From Leucoraja ocellata (lineage: Eukaryota), in NCBI GenBank assembly GCA_036785375.1, contig JAWMAR010000085.1:7688001-7752000 (forward strand): a DNA stretch of 64,000 nt, written 5' to 3'. The notes under the pieces were generated by a model. The model was not told the DNA's origin. It searched no databases and saw only the letters and a program-made list of their open reading frames with translations. This document shows positions 37,032 through 48,800 of the stretch, in pieces. A program made the translations under genes and the position numbers. The first letter of the stretch is position 1. The number at the start of each line of letters is the position of its first letter.

Positions 37032-39590
37032 GTAAGTGTCAGCACCAAAGACCTGAGAACTGAAAATATCTGTGATATGAAATGATATGAAATGAAAATA
37101 TCTAGCATGGAATGAACATTGACTTCTCCAGTTTTAGGTAACCTCTAACAAGGTGGTGGCACAGTGGTTACAATTTGGTAAAAATTGTACATTGCCCCTT
37201 GTGTGTAGGATAGGGCTAGTATACTTGGGTGATCAATGGTCGGCGTGGTCGGTTATTTTCGGGTTTGGGTTGGGACCTTTCTACAAACTCATGTTAAAGC
37301 CGGCACTGGATGAGAGAGGTGCTTTGTACAGGCAGCAATAGATTTGGGGAAAAGTAGAAACAAGGAACGGCAGATGGTAGTATACAAGAAAAGGCACAAA
37401 GTGCTGAAGTAACTCAGCGGGTCAGGCAGCATCTCTGGAGAACATGGATAGGTGAATTTTCTAGTCCCCACCCAAAACGTCACCTATCCATGTTCTCCAG
37501 TGATCCTGCCTGACCCGCTGAGTTACACCAGCACTTTGTTGTTTGATTGAAACTATCTTGTGCTTTAGTCTGGTACATGATTATCCAAAAGAAGTGCTGG
37601 AATATGTAGGCACATAGGGATTGCAGATGCTTGTTTACAAAAAAATAGACACAAAGTGCTGGAATGAGTGCTGGATCTGCCAGTATCTGTGGAGGATATG
37701 GAAAGGTGATGTTTAAGGTTGGGACCCTTCTTCCGACTGATGAAGTACAGGAAAAAAGCTGGAAGATGGGTGGGACAGGACAAAGCCTGGCAAGTGATAA
37801 TAGACACAAAAAGCTGGAGTAACTCAGCGGGACAGGCAGCGTCTCTGGAGAGAAGGAATAGGTGATGTTCCGGCATGTGACCCTTCTGCAGACGAGTGGA
37901 TGCAGGTGAGGTGGGGGTGATTGACAAATGGTTATCCAAAGGCTAGAGATGAAGAGACAAAGGGTAGTGAGGTAAGGAGAGAAGAATAGAAGAGGCATGA
38001 AATGTGATGCCTGAGAAAAGGATATAGATGAAAGGGGGTGATGGGTTGGGGAATGGAAAGGGGAGCAGGGTAGTGGGAGAAATGTGTGCGCTTCCAGTTG
38101 TGGCACAGGGAAGAGGGCAGGGGAGGTATGTTTCTTGGTTATTATTAACCTAAAACTGGAGAATCCTATTTGGTTGTGAGCTCACTAAATATGTCAATAT
38201 TTGCAATATGCCATTGATATTGTTCAATATGGCTAGATTTTCCAGGGCCATATGTTGACTTGGGGACCAACTATTTTAGTGTTTTACAAAGAGAGTGAGT
38301 TAATTGATAATTATGTAATTAAGCTGCCTTTAGAAAAGACCAACCATCCATGATAGAATTTTATGAAAAGATTGAAAATGATTTTGTTCAATCTTAAATG
38401 TAATCAAAGCAAATTATGGAGCTGGCTACAGAGATTGGGGAACTACACTACAAGGGATGGTGTTGAAATACACAATGACTAACATTTCGTGAATTAATGC
38501 AGTTTATCGCAAAAATACATCTCTTTGTGGCACAAAAACCCAACTGGAAAGATTAGCCGAGAATGACAAACAAGAGAAGTTGGCAATAATGTTAGACAAA
38601 AGGAAAAAGCTAATAACCTACCAGAAGGCTCAGCAACCCCATGTAATGAAAAGCATAAAGGAGGTTTTTTTTTTATTAAAGGAAAGTAAATTAGAATATG
38701 AATGAATATAGAAACAGATTTCAAATGCCTATTGGTTCAGAGGTATTTTATTGTCGCATGCAGTGAAATTCTTTTTTTGTACATAGTTCAGTAAAAATCT
38801 TGCCACAGGTCCACAACTGATTTTCCAGTACCCTTGTTTCCAGAGCCTAGCAGTATTATCTATCCCGCAAAGTCGACTATGAGAACAGACCGCATGGGAC
38901 AAATTCAACCTGCTGATCGGCCGCGGAAATTAACGATGGGAACGGATCCGCCTGTCCATTCCCTCCACAGGTTCTGCCTGGCCCGCAGAGTTGTTTTTCT
39001 TTAGGTTGGTTTACATAGAAACATAGAAAATAGGTGCAGGAGTAGGCCATTCGGCCCTTCGAGCTTGCACCGCCAATCATGACCATGGCTGATCATCCAA
39101 CTCGGTATCCTGTACCTGCCCTCTCTCCATACCCCCTGATCCCTTTAGCCACAAGGGCCACATTTAACACCCTCTTAAATATAGCCAATGAACTGGCCTC
39201 AACTACCTTCTGTGGCAGGGAGTTCCAGAGATTCACCACTCTCTGTGTGAAAAATGTTTTTCTCATCTCGGTCCTTAAGGATTTCCCCTTTATCCTAAAC
39301 TGTGACCCCTTGTCCTGTACTTCCCCAACATCGGGAACAATCTTCCTGCATCTAGCCTGTCCAACCCCTTAAGAATTTTGTAAGTTTCTATAAGATCCCC
39401 CCTCAATCTTCTAAATCTTCTAAATTTTTAAGATGCTTTTTAAGATTACTTTTAAGATACAGCGTAGAAACAGGCTGAGTTACTTCTGCACCTAGCGTCT
39501 TTTTATAATATCTTCCCACTGACTATTTAGATGTTGAAATTATTGCACTTTGGCACCAACACCTTTTTTTATTTGTTGATGGCTTTACAG

Positions 39591-39989
39591 AGAGTGGTTT
39601 CAGCGTAACAGCAATAACACGGACACCCTCAGTGACGTACGGTAATGCGTTTGAACTCCAGTGCTTCATCAGACCAAACTATCCTTCCTGGGTGTCTGTA
39701 TCGTGGAGGTGGAAATTCCAGTCATCCCAATCAGGCAACATCTACGACATGGTCACGTTTGCCCGCGACACGTCTATCATTTGGGGAAATAAGGTCACAA
39801 ATTTTAAAAGCAAGACGATGATAACAAAGACGCCCAATAACGTCCGGCTAAACGTCTCCAAGGCTAGTGATTTGGAGGCGGGGAGATACCAGTGCATTGC
39901 AGAACTTTGGCATCAGAATCAGATGGAACAGTGGGTGAGGAAAGCTGAAAAATCGTCAAACATCCTGGAGGTCAAGGTCAAACCGCCAG
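39591..39989 (+). CDS. IGSF3: IGSF3 internal exon (Ig domain 5)
   Basis: TTACAG acceptor, G|GTAAGT donor, 399 bp. ESGFSVTAITRTPSVTYGNAFELQC...NNVRLNVSKASDLEAGRYQCIAELW...SNILEVKVKPP. Confidence 0.93.
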
Positions 39990-40506
39990 GTAAGTGCCTG
40001 AGATTCTCTTTCAGTCAGATAGCGATGCACTTGCCTCGGTTTAATACATCAATATGTCTGCAGTCTAGCCTTGCAGGCACCTGTCTGTTTTCAGTATTGT
40101 TGTACATTACAAGCCATTTAAGCTTCTAAACCTGATTGCTGCCTTATTAACATTCTGCAGCCCTGAATATTTGGTTGACAATATTTCAATTGTCTAAATG
40201 TTTATAATACACAAATTCGTATTCCCGTTTGGACAGTACATTTCCTGTTAATGATGTTAAATTCTGCATTCCGCTCCAATTGTTTTCCATATATTCGCAT
40301 TTGCTGAATGCATCATATTTAGTAAAATACGTTTAGAATTGGTGCGGGTAGACCCGAAACGTCGACTATTTCCTTCCTATAGGTGCTGCCTCATCCGCTG
40401 AGTTTCTCCAGCAGTTTTGTCTACCTTTAGAATAGGTGCTGCTCAATTCTCAGTGTAGAAGCAAGGAAATGCAAATGCTAGTTTAGCAAGGAAAGCGGTA
40501 ACCAGT

Positions 40507-40534
40507 CTGAAGAAGAGGCCCAGCTCGAAATGTC
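40507..40534 (+). ncRNA. Minimal hammerhead ribozyme motif (variant stem II)
   Basis: CUGAAGA-A-GAG(GCCCAG)CUC-GAAA-UG-UC. Confidence 0.55.
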
Positions 40535-40952
40535 ACCTATCCATGTTCTCCAAGGATTCTGCCTGACCCGCTGAGTTACTCCAGCACTTTGTGACTTTCC
40601 CTGTTCAATTCTAATTTTTTGAATGAAAGGTTCAGCTTGGGAACAGGGCCTTTGGTCCACCAAGTCCACGCCGACCTTCGATCACCTGTTCACACTAGTT
40701 CTATGTCATCTCACTAACGCATCCACTCCCTGCACACTAGCAGCTATTTACAGAGGCCAATTTTACTTCGGAGTCACGTGAGTGACTACGTGAAGAACCC
40801 CGCTAGGACGCATGCCTGTCATATCGCTACACGCATTGCAAACGTCAGGCGGGGTGGAAGGACGTTCCCCCGCAGCGGCTGTTTAAAAAGCCGGAACCCG
40901 CAGGTAAGATTATTCTACGGTTAATGTGTGTTTCTTATACCAACTACAGGTA

Positions 40953-41418
40953 TACAGCCTGGGTTTCAACAACTAAGTTACAGAGATAGGTTTAATAAGT
41001 TAGGTCTTTATTCTCTGGAGTGCAGAAGGTTAAGGGGGGACCTGATAGAGGTCTTTAAAATGATGAGAGGGATAGACAGAGTTGATGTGGACAAGCTTTT
41101 CCCTTTGAGAATAGGGAAGATTCAAACAAGAGGACATGACTTCAGAATTAAGGGACAGAAGTTTATGGGTAATATGAGGGGGAACTTCTTTACTCGGAGA
41201 GTGGTAGCGGTGTGGAATGAGCTTCCAGTGGAAGTGATGGAGGCAGGTTCATTGGTATCATTTAAAAATAAATTGGATAGGCATATGGATGAGAAGGGAA
41301 TGGAGGGTTATGGTATGAGTGCAGGCAGGTGGGACTAAGGGGAAAAAAAAGTTGTTCGGCACGGACTTGTAGGGCCGAGATGGCCTGTTTCCGTGCTGTA
41401 ATTGTTATATGGTTATAT
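40953..41418 (+). mobile_element. 5'-truncated CR1-type LINE inserted in the DIRS 5' leader
   Basis: Open C-terminus LSYRDRFNKLGLYSLECRRLRGDLIEVFK...TRGHDF...FFTRRVVAVWNELP...FKNKLD, CR1 3' tail GGCCTGTTTCCGTGCTGTA, and possible AGGTA duplication (40948-52 / 41419-23). Confidence 0.88.
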
Positions 41419-41429
41419 AGGTAGGAAAC

Positions 41430-42650
41430 ATGGACAAAGGAAAGAAAACAAGGGTTGTGATGAAGCTGGTGAAGGACCACGGAACAGCGGGCAGCCAGCA
41501 GCGGCCAGCGGCACTTGGATCACCAATAATGGGATCAGCTGTGCCCGATGTCGCCTCCACACCGGCCAAATCCACTCCGCAGCCGGGCGGCAAGGGTACA
41601 CAAAAAACCAACAAGAGTCGTGGACTCAGAGGAGTCCGACTCTGAGCAACCGCGGGCGGCCAGCGACCGTGAGCGCTGGAGCCGGATGGAGCGGTGCATG
41701 GAGCATTTGCTCCAACGTGACAGGCTCTAGGAGATGGAGTCGAGTCACTGTGGGCCCTATGGTAAACCCACAGCAGCACCTCTTGGAGGGATGCACAGTG
41801 TCTCTCCCTCATCAGAGGGGAGCACTGGGGGTCAGTTCTGGGCTGACCTTGAAGAGGGGTTCTCGGAAGAAAAATCAAGTGTGCAGGGGGTGCAGGAAAG
41901 AGAAAATCTGCTGGACATGGTGTCCAATTTCATACAGCCAGACCAGGCTGGCAATAACCTGGAGCAAAAGCTTGCTGCCAGTATAGACTATATGTCTTTA
42001 AACCAGCTACAAGAACAGGCTGTATTGGACACCACATCAAGACATCTGGCACCGGGAAACTGCATATCCCTGAATGTTCCAGCAGTCAACACCTGCATAT
42101 GGAAATATATTGGAACAGGAGTTAGGAGCATGGACGTTAAACTCCAGAAAGTATTAAAACTCCTAGCTGCTGGGATAACAGCATTCGCCCGCAGTGGATG
42201 AAAAAGATATGTCCCAAGACCAACAGGATGCACTGGCATTGTGTTGTAACACTCAATATGAGTTAAACAACATCAGAAAGAATGCCATTCGACCCACACT
42301 AAATCCAGAATTTGCGGGTCTGTGCAAACCTGGGACCCCAAAACCGCCAATACTACTGTTTGGAGGGGACTTATCGAAGCAAGTAAAAGAGCTCGATGAA
42401 GAATCAAAAAGGGACTTCATCCAAAATCCACTACAACTACAGACAGCACCCCTACGCACCCACCAGTAGAACAGGATGGTCTGGGTGACCGACTAGTGAA
42501 AGCTCGAAGGTTCGGTACACTAAACATGAGTCTTTTTTAGGCCATGGCCCAGGCCGACCTTCTTGGAAGATAAGAGAACCTCCAACATCAACCAAACCTC
42601 AAACCCAGAATCCACCGCCTCAACATCAACGAAAGACTTACAGGAAGAAG
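41430..42650 (+). pseudogene. DIRS gag-like ORF1, frameshifted
   Basis: ATG at 41430, continuing through ORF pieces 41734-42201 and 42194-42469 (...VPAVNTCIW...DVKLQKV...ELNNIRKNAIRPTLN...LLFGGDL), which resemble DIRS1 gag. Lies upstream of RT. End approximate. Confidence 0.7.
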
Positions 42651-42670
42651 TGAACCTGCCACTGGTAACT

Positions 42671-44160
42671 ATGGAGGTAGGTGGGTCTGGTTCCCTACAA
42701 AATACAGGGAGCACGGAGGTTGGGGGGAGATTACACTCCTTTCTGAATGCATGGAGCATGATAACTTATATTTTAAGCAGTATCCAGGGATATACTATAG
42801 AATTTATACACAAATACAAACCTCCAGTTCAACATATATCGAACCGAGTGTTCGTACTTTTGGGTAAAGAGAAATCAGAAGCACATGCTGAACTGGAGCG
42901 GCTTTACGCAAAAGGTGTAATTGAAAAATCCCAACACGAACCATTAGAATTCGTGTCCAATATATTTACCAAAAACAAAAAAGATGGTGGTTGTCGCATC
43001 ATCATAGATCTGACCAAATTGAATACTTTTGTACAATACATTCATTTTAAAATGGAAGCCTTTGGTTACTGCTAAACAATTGATTTCCCAAGATTACTTC
43101 ATGGCCAGCATCGATTTAAAAGATGCTTACTATTCAGTGCCTATACGAGGTGACCACAGATGTTTCTTAAAATTCAACTGGATGGGAAAGCTCTGACAAT
43201 ACAGAGCACTACCAAATGAGTTAACATCAGCCCCTAGGCTGTTCACAAAAATTTTGAAACCAGCCCTAGCATTTCTACGGAAACGAGAACACATGGTCAT
43301 GGCATATCTAGATGGCATACTCATTGTGGGCAAAAATTTGGAATTGGCCAAACAAACTGTAACAGCCACAAAACAGTTATTTGAAAAACTGGGGTTTATT
43401 ATCCATCCAGTTAAATCTAAATTAACGCCTTCCACTACAATGGACTATTTGGGGTTCACCATTCACTCAGTTCACATGTTGGTGACATTACCAAAAGGAA
43501 AGGCGATAGAATTAATAGAGGCTTGCAAAAACCTCATTGGCATCAATAAACCATCCATCAGGTTGGTAGCTAAAGTAATTGGCAAAATGGTGGCTGCCTT
43601 TCCAGCCACACATTTTGGATCTTTACATTACCAAAATTTACAAAGGGCAAAAATACAAGCTCTCAAAACTAATGCTGGTCATTTTGACAGACCGATGAAG
43701 CTGCCAATCAAAGCCATAATGGAACTAAATTGGTGGATAGATAACATTTGGCATTCCTACAATCCAATCATTATCAGCAACCCTTCAACGGTGCTACAAA
43801 CTGATGCCAGTGCACTTGGTTGGGGTGCCACCAATTCCATCTCCAGCTGTGGAGGTAGATGGACTGCACAGGAGGCATCATTATTACTCACACTGGGCAT
43901 AAACTACCTGGAAATGTTGGGTGCATTTTATGGCCTAAAATCATATTGTACTGGGTCACACCACCAGCATGTTAGATTACAGATTGATAATACCACCGTG
44001 GTAGCATATATCAACCACATGGGTGGAAACAAATCGACATCATGTGACAATCTGGCTAATACAATTTGGCAATGGTGTACTCAGAGAGATATTTGGATAT
44101 CAGCAACTTACCTACCAGGTAAACTAAATTTAGTGGCAGACACTAGGTCACGCAAATTTA
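42671..44160 (+). pseudogene. DIRS reverse transcriptase + RNase H (disrupted)
   Basis: RT: VGGRL...FVSNIFTKNKKDGGCRIIIDL...HFKME, frameshift near 43060, MASIDLKDAYYSVPI, in-frame TGA at 43194, catalytic YLDD altered to YLDG (43305-43316). RNase H: LQTDASALGWGA, INYLEMLG, IDNTTVVAYINHMGG, YLPGKLNLVADTRSR. Confidence 0.93.
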
Positions 44161-44169
44161 ATGAAAACA

Positions 44170-44589
44170 CCAAATGGATGTTGAACAAAAAAGTATTTGC
44201 TGATATTACAGCACGATATGGAACACCAGATATCGATCTATTCACATCCAGGCTTAATCACCAATTATCAAATTATGTTTCGTGGGAACCAGACCCTGGG
44301 GCAGCGGCGACAGATGCATTTTCGCTGCATTGGGGGAAAATTGTTTATATATGCATTCCTTCCTTTCTGCCTCATCAGTCGGGTATTAAGGAAAATACAG
44401 CAGGACTCTGCGTCTGGTATTTTGATAGTACCCGATTGGCCTACTCAACCATGGTTCCCAGTGATACTGAACATGGTTTTAGAACCATGTATCACCATCC
44501 CAAATAGACCAGACTTGTTAGTACATCCCGTAACAACGGATAGCCACCCATGCCATAAATATTTAAATTTATTAATTTGTAGAGTTTAA
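44170..44589 (+). pseudogene. DIRS DAM-like (N6-adenine) methyltransferase domain, frameshifted
   Basis: W...PDIDLFTSRLN...DAFSLHWG, frameshift at GGGGGAAAA (~44332-44340), then YAFLPF (YAFPPF-type motif IV) and LIVPDWPTQPWFP. This is the typical MT domain of DIRS1-like pol. Confidence 0.85.
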
Positions 44590-44633
44590 AAATACCACTA
44601 CTACAGCTGGGACTGACGGACCGAACAGTGAAC

Positions 44634-45560
44634 ATGATTTCAGCGGCCCAAAGACAGTCCACCCAAAAACAATATCTGGTCTATATCAGGAAATGGTAGA
44701 TGTATTGCCACAAAAACAACATCACCTACAGAGAGATGAACATCCCGTCTGTTCTGGAATACCTGGCAGGCCTCCATTATGATGAGGGGCTCAGTTACAG
44801 TGTCATCAACTGCGCCAGAAGTGCCTTATCAACGTATCTATGGCAAGGAACAGAGTGTCACTCTGTTGGGCCTCACCCACTGGTAACAAAACTCATGAGG
44901 GGAATTTTTAATACTAATCCCCCAAGAACCAGGTACTCCCAAATATGGGATATAAGTATTGTCCTGAAGATGCTCAGGAATTGGTCTCCAGCAACAGCTC
45001 TGTCCCTACACAGACTGACATTAAAAACAGTCATGCTAATGGCATTGGTCACGGCTCAGAGGGTACAGTCATTACATAAACTAAGACTGGACAACATGAC
45101 TTCTACACCCGAAAATATTACATTTCATATTTATGAATTAGTAAAACAGAACAGACAAGGATCAGCAGGCCTCAAAATAGAATTTAGATACTACCCAACA
45201 GATGATCGTCTCTGCATAGGCAGACATTTGTCGTGATATATGGAGAAAACAAAAAACATCAGAGGCTATGAGAAGGCACTTTTAATCAGCCATAAACAAC
45301 CACACAAAAGAGTAACGGTCCAGACCATCTCGAGATGGCTGAAACAGGTTCTAACACAGGCTGGGGTGGATACTAATGTTTTAAAATCTCATTCCACCAG
45401 GGCTGCAGCAACATCGGCAGCAATGCAGTTGGATGTACCAATGGACCAAATCCTCAAGGCAGCAGGATGGTCAGGGGGAAAAACATTCCAATTGTTTTAC
45501 CATAAACCAGTCATGAAACCTGGAACGTTTGCAGAAACAATTTTAAGTTCTGTAAATTAA
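44634..45560 (+). pseudogene. DIRS tyrosine recombinase (two in-frame stops)
   Basis: ARSALS, catalytic R in TAQRVQSL, HSTR in LKSHSTRAAATS, AAGW...TFQLFY. Stops at 44697-44699 and 45234-45236. Confidence 0.93.
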
Positions 45561-45722
45561 TTTAACCCATAAAAAAGGGGTTTATAATTTGTGTTAATAA
45601 ATTTCATGGATTTTAATATCGGATCATGTCTAAATTATGTTAACACAATTCCTCCTGCAGTAAATAAGGCAGATGTGAGGCATGGACTCGTTTCCAGGGC
45701 ATGAAATCACAGAGCTTTGAAA

Positions 45723-45830
45723 TCTTCACGTAGTCACTCACGTGACTCCGAAGTAAAATAGTAAGATTAAACGAGAACTTACCAGTTCGAAGTTTGATCA
45801 TTATTTTATGAGGAGTACGTTGAGGGAATA
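45723..45830. repeat. DIRS internal complementary region (ICR)
   Basis: 45723-45758 is the exact reverse complement of 40761-40796. 45759-45830 is the exact reverse complement of 45975-46046. Together they spell the circle junction. Confidence 0.95.
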
Positions 45831-48800
45831 TGTGCCCTCCGCTCCCACCCATGATCATATACTCAACTGGTATTTCTTCTCTAATCTTACTATGTTTAGT
45901 CATTACAGTTATCTGTGATTTCACACCGCTGCTTTGAAGAATGACACGCATGCGTCCTAGCGGGGTTCTTCACGTATTCCCTCAACGTACTCCTCATAAA
46001 ATAATGATCAAACTTCGAACTGGTAAGTTCTCGTTTAATCTTACTATTAACCTGCAAACCCACACGTCTTTGTGATGTGGGGAGAAACCGGAGCACCCGG
46101 AGGAAACCCACGCAGTCACAGGGAGAACGTGCAAACTCCACATACACAGCACCTGAGGTCATGATTGAACCCAGGTCTCTGGCACTGAGAGGAAATATTT
46201 TAATTGTCTAATGCATGAACCAATAAGTCTTATTACTGTTTAGGCAGCACATTTCCTGGTAATTACTTAAAACTCTGCATTATGCTCCAATTTCTTTCTA
46301 TATACCCGTACTTGTGTTTATTGAATACATCCTGGTTGGCAACATACATTTTAAGTAGGTACTGTTTAATTGTCATTTCAAACCCCTTTTTTCTCTGGAA
46401 GATATTGATTACTCGCATACTAATAGACATTGGGTAGCTTGTGCAGGGACACCATTAAAGGGTGGCACAGTGGCGCAGCTGATAGAGCTGCTGCCTCACA
46501 GAACCAGACCCCGGGTTTGATCCAGACTGTGGGTGCTGTCTGTGTGTGGAATTTGCATGTTCTCCCTGTGACCGCGTGGCTTTCCTCCAGGTGCTCCGAT
46601 TTCCTCCCACATCCCAAAGACGTACGGATCTGTAGGTTAATTGGTCTCTGTAAATTGCCCCCTACTATATAGAGAGTGGATTTGAAAGTGGGATAACTTG
46701 GATCTGGTGTAAACGGGTGATCGATGGTCGGCGTGGGCATGGTGGGCTGACAGGCTTGTTTCCATTCTGCACCCCTAAACTCTAAACATTACGTAAACTC
46801 TTGCTAAAAATAAACACACAATGCTGGAGTAACTCAGTGGGTCAGTCAGCATCTCTGGAGAAAATGGATTGGTGACGTTTCACCTTCCAACATGAGGCAA
46901 CATGTTAGTCCCAAAACATGGCTCCATCACACTGCTGGCACTGTCCGTCTCACTGTATTGTGCTGCATCAGCACTTTCCCTGTTGTGCCCCTCACCTTGA
47001 TGAGGCTTCTTAATCAACTCCAGGGCACATAATGAACTTAGTCGCTATCAGTCGCCGTCTCTCTCCCTTTTCTAAGTCCATTGTTTAAACTTTATCTCTA
47101 TCTTCCTCTGTCTTTCCATCTCTGTCGTCTCTCTTCATCTTAAACATCCCTTGATGTGAGAGTTAGCTTTATTCAGATACCTTGTGAGAAGAATTGAATG
47201 GTGCTTGTAGCCAGTAATGTTCCTGCTGTAGACTTCCAGCAGTAATTACTGTCCCTGTGTGTCAGTAGTAATGAATGTTCAGCTTCGAGCCATCTGTCAG
47301 AACAAGCGGGAATACAAGATTTCACCCTTGCCTCCTTCTCTCGAATTATTCATTGGAATATCCGAGAGCTGCCTCAGATAATCTCAAATCCTCTTTAACA
47401 TGGGGTATGCTTTTGTTTAAACATTAATTTAATGCTGAAAAGTGATTATTTTCAGTTGTGGTGAGCATTTTCGTCAGAAGCCTTTCACAACATCAGATAT
47501 AACATAGAAATATGAATAAAGAAGAAGGTACTAAAACATTTTCTTATGGGAGCACTTCGTATCTAATATAAATACATCAAAATCTGATGAATGTGCATTA
47601 TAAAATGGGCGCCAAATTGTAATTGGCATCCAGCATACATGTGCTTTGCATAAGATTCCAGCATCTGCAGCTCCTTGTGTCTGATACTATTTCAATATTA
47701 ATTTTGTTAAATGAAAAATTTAAATACTATTTTTAAAGGATGGATTTTAAGCCATGTTGATGACTGCTTTTAAAAGACACAAACATAATGAGACACCTGT
47801 AGCTAAAAAATAATTAGTAGTGTGGTTATGTGCTAGCAAGTTCAGTACGTTCATTCAGGTGAGAATTATGATCGGCAGAAATGGAAAATTGAACTCAAAA
47901 CTGAATTGTTCCTGAACCATAGAGCAAAACAGGAAACCCCACGAATGCCTAGACATAAGGATAACGATAAAAGGACCAATGAAAATTCATCTGACAGATC
48001 ATATACAGCACGGAAACAGGCCCTTCGGCCCAACTTGTCTATGCCGACCAAGATGTCCCATCTAAGTTAGTTCCATTTGCCTGCATATCCTTCTAAACCT
48101 TTCCTACCCATATACCTGACCAAATGTCTTTTAAGTGCCCTTAACTATCTTTGCCCTTAACCTTTCCTACCCGTATACCTGCCTCAACTATCTCCTTTGG
48201 CAGCTTTTTCCATGTACCCACCACCTGTGTGAAAAAAGTTCCTCCTCTCACCTTAAACCTGTGTCCTGTGGTTCTTGATTAGCCTACTCTGGGTAACAGA
48301 CTTTGCATTCAGCCTATCTATTCCCCTCATGATTTTATACACCTCCACAAGATCTTCTCTCAGCCTCCTGCGCTCCAAGAAATAAAATCCTGCCCGACCC
48401 CTCCCTATAGCTCACGCCCTCGACTCCTGGCAATATCCTTGTTAATTTTCACTACGCTCTTTCCAATTTAATGGCATGCTTCCGATGGCCGGCTGATCCG
48501 AAATGAACACAATTCTCCAATTGTGGAGTGCTCCTTGATCGTTCCAACTAATGCTTTATGCTTCCCTTTCCAACAGACGAAATCCACCCTTGATATATTC
48601 ATTCAACATCTTTGATTTCTCTCTTGCCATTTCTTCTAATATCTAGTCCCTGATTTACTAGGAGTTTCTTATATTTTCTGTTTGAAATTGATGAGACTTA
48701 AAAAAAAAATGAATCTGAATTAATTAAAATTATATTTTCACATCTAACAAATTATTTAGAAATGTATTAATATTACATGTTTAATTTACGTGCACTTCAT

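Larger units (their letters stand above)
40760..46048 (+). mobile_element. Full-length DIRS1-like tyrosine-recombinase retrotransposon with decayed ORFs
   Basis: Inverted terminal repeat 40787-40822 vs 45941-45976 (35/36). ICR 45723-45830 is complementary to both ends. ATT trinucleotide at both junctions (40760-62, 46046-48) and no ordinary TSD. Contains gag, RT, RNase H, MT and YR remnants. Splits a SINE. Confidence 0.95.
40640..46190 (-). mobile_element. SINE split by the DIRS insertion (halves ~40640-40762 and 46049-46190)
   Basis: Removing the DIRS restores TTTACAGAGGCCAATTAACCTGCAAACC, matching the intact SINE copies. Confidence 0.9.

Noticed and set aside
40904-40949. Possible intron in the DIRS leader (CAG|GTAAGA...CTACAG)
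   Set aside because: Only 46 bp, short for a vertebrate intron, and no transcript evidence.
44170-45560. Prophage or bacterial contamination (integrase + DAM methylase)
   Set aside because: Both domains are collinear with RT/RNase H inside DIRS termini, and the element is embedded in a vertebrate SINE.
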